Positions 32,135-32,784 of a stretch of DNA of 32,784 nt are shown here, in pieces (positions within the stretch are counted from its first letter, which is position 1; each line of letters starts with the position of its first letter). The stretch spans positions 1 to 32,784 of the forward strand of contig LT642213.1 in the NCBI GenBank assembly GCA_900128585.1, in the 5' to 3' direction. The DNA is from Stramenopiles sp. TOSAG23-3 (Eukaryota). Under the pieces are notes generated by a model. The model did no database searches. It was not told the DNA's origin and saw only the letters and a program-made list of their open reading frames with translations. A program made the position numbers and the translations under genes.

Positions 32135-32547
32135 AAGTGGAGAAGGGGACTTGAAAGAAAAACCCAATTCAGTTTGATCTAAAAAACAAATTAAAAAAAC
32201 AAATTATATAGTAGTATGTTCTAAGACTCTCATTTTAAATCAAATAACTACTTCAAATCCAACCCTAATCCTATCTTGATGTTTTAATTTGATTTTTTAA
32301 TTTCGTTTCGTCGTTGATGGTTGTCAATCATCATCACAGAGGAATTATTTTATATACCTAAATGAACAAAATAGCCAGAACGTGGGAATGGTCATGAGTC
32401 TTGAATCAGACTTGGTCGTGCTTTAGTTGAGTTCCACACGCATATCAATGGTGCTCTCCACGTGTTCAGCGCGGTGAGCGCGCCATCATACGACAGCGGG
32501 GCCCTCCTAAATGCAGACAACAATCTCGAGATGAAGTCGTACGTGCA

Positions 32548-32784
32548 TCACAATCTGTATACCTTCGGTCGGTCTGGCATGACAGTGCAGTAATCGCGTT
32601 CCACGCATAGACCTGAACTTTCGTCACGCACAAGTCCGTTTTTGCAAACACACCCGGCTTCACCGCAAAGCACCCTCGCCCTCAAGCAAAGAATTTTAAG
32701 GACTCGGTAAGATACTTCATCTCCACACTTGCGTTCGTTATTGCAACGGCTCGTGGCACAGCGATCGAACTTCTCTCCTGCTGG
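32548..32784 (-). CDS. 3' end of a TIL-domain (trypsin inhibitor-like Cys-rich) protein; 5' end outside window
   Basis: Manual translation from 32784: PAGEKFDRCATSRCNNERKCGDEVSYRVLKILCLRARVLCGEAGCVCKNGLVRDESSGLCVERDYCTVMPDRPKVYRL*. This matches the TIL pattern P.GE.F..C...C....C...C...C..GC.C..G.VRD..G.CV....C. Confidence 0.8.
   Translation of the reverse strand, partial: PAGEKFDRCATSRCNNERKCGDEVSYRVLKILCLRARVLCGEAGCVCKNGLVRDESSGLCVERDYCTVMPDRPKVYRL

Noticed and set aside
30176-32167. Long antisense ORFs (663 aa here; 603 aa at 16253-18064; 318 aa at 9209-10165)
   Set aside because: Shadows of GC3-rich sense genes; no recognisable protein features.
1-32784. Alternative genetic code or stop-codon reassignment
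   Set aside because: Conserved genes translate fully with the standard code, and TAA, TAG and TGA all serve as terminators.

Overview
Gene-dense eukaryotic (protist-like) chromosome segment. It holds about 16 almost intron-free genes with mostly GC-rich coding sequence, separated by very AT-rich spacers full of GAA/TTC tracts. An NWE-motif ciliary protein suggests a flagellated organism; finer taxonomy cannot be fixed from this window. Recognisable genes: M6P-receptor/ATG27-like, PTC7-type PP2C, tetraspanin-like, SRP40/NOLC1, RMT2, cupin-4 JmjC, UTP5/WDR43, APC7, a divergent 14-3-3, a five-repeat secreted protein and a partial TIL-domain gene missed by the ORF track. The most interesting signals are non-coding. 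(1) A bipartite motif ATGCTRTK-N4-TRTWA recurs in every promoter-containing spacer and is multimerised into a 10 x ~32 bp array. (2) Two diverged copies of a ~190 bp TTAA-flanked GG..CC element with terminal inverted repeats (Kolobok-like MITE) lie in divergent promoters. (3) Spacer length is close to additive per gene end. Three genes carry four apparent +1 frameshifts at C8 or GGG runs; these are most likely consensus errors but are testable. Unusual proteins include a UEV-F-box-Tudor-like-SUMO-like fusion and a 14-3-3 with a natural K49E-equivalent change. All calls are by eye, with no database searches.
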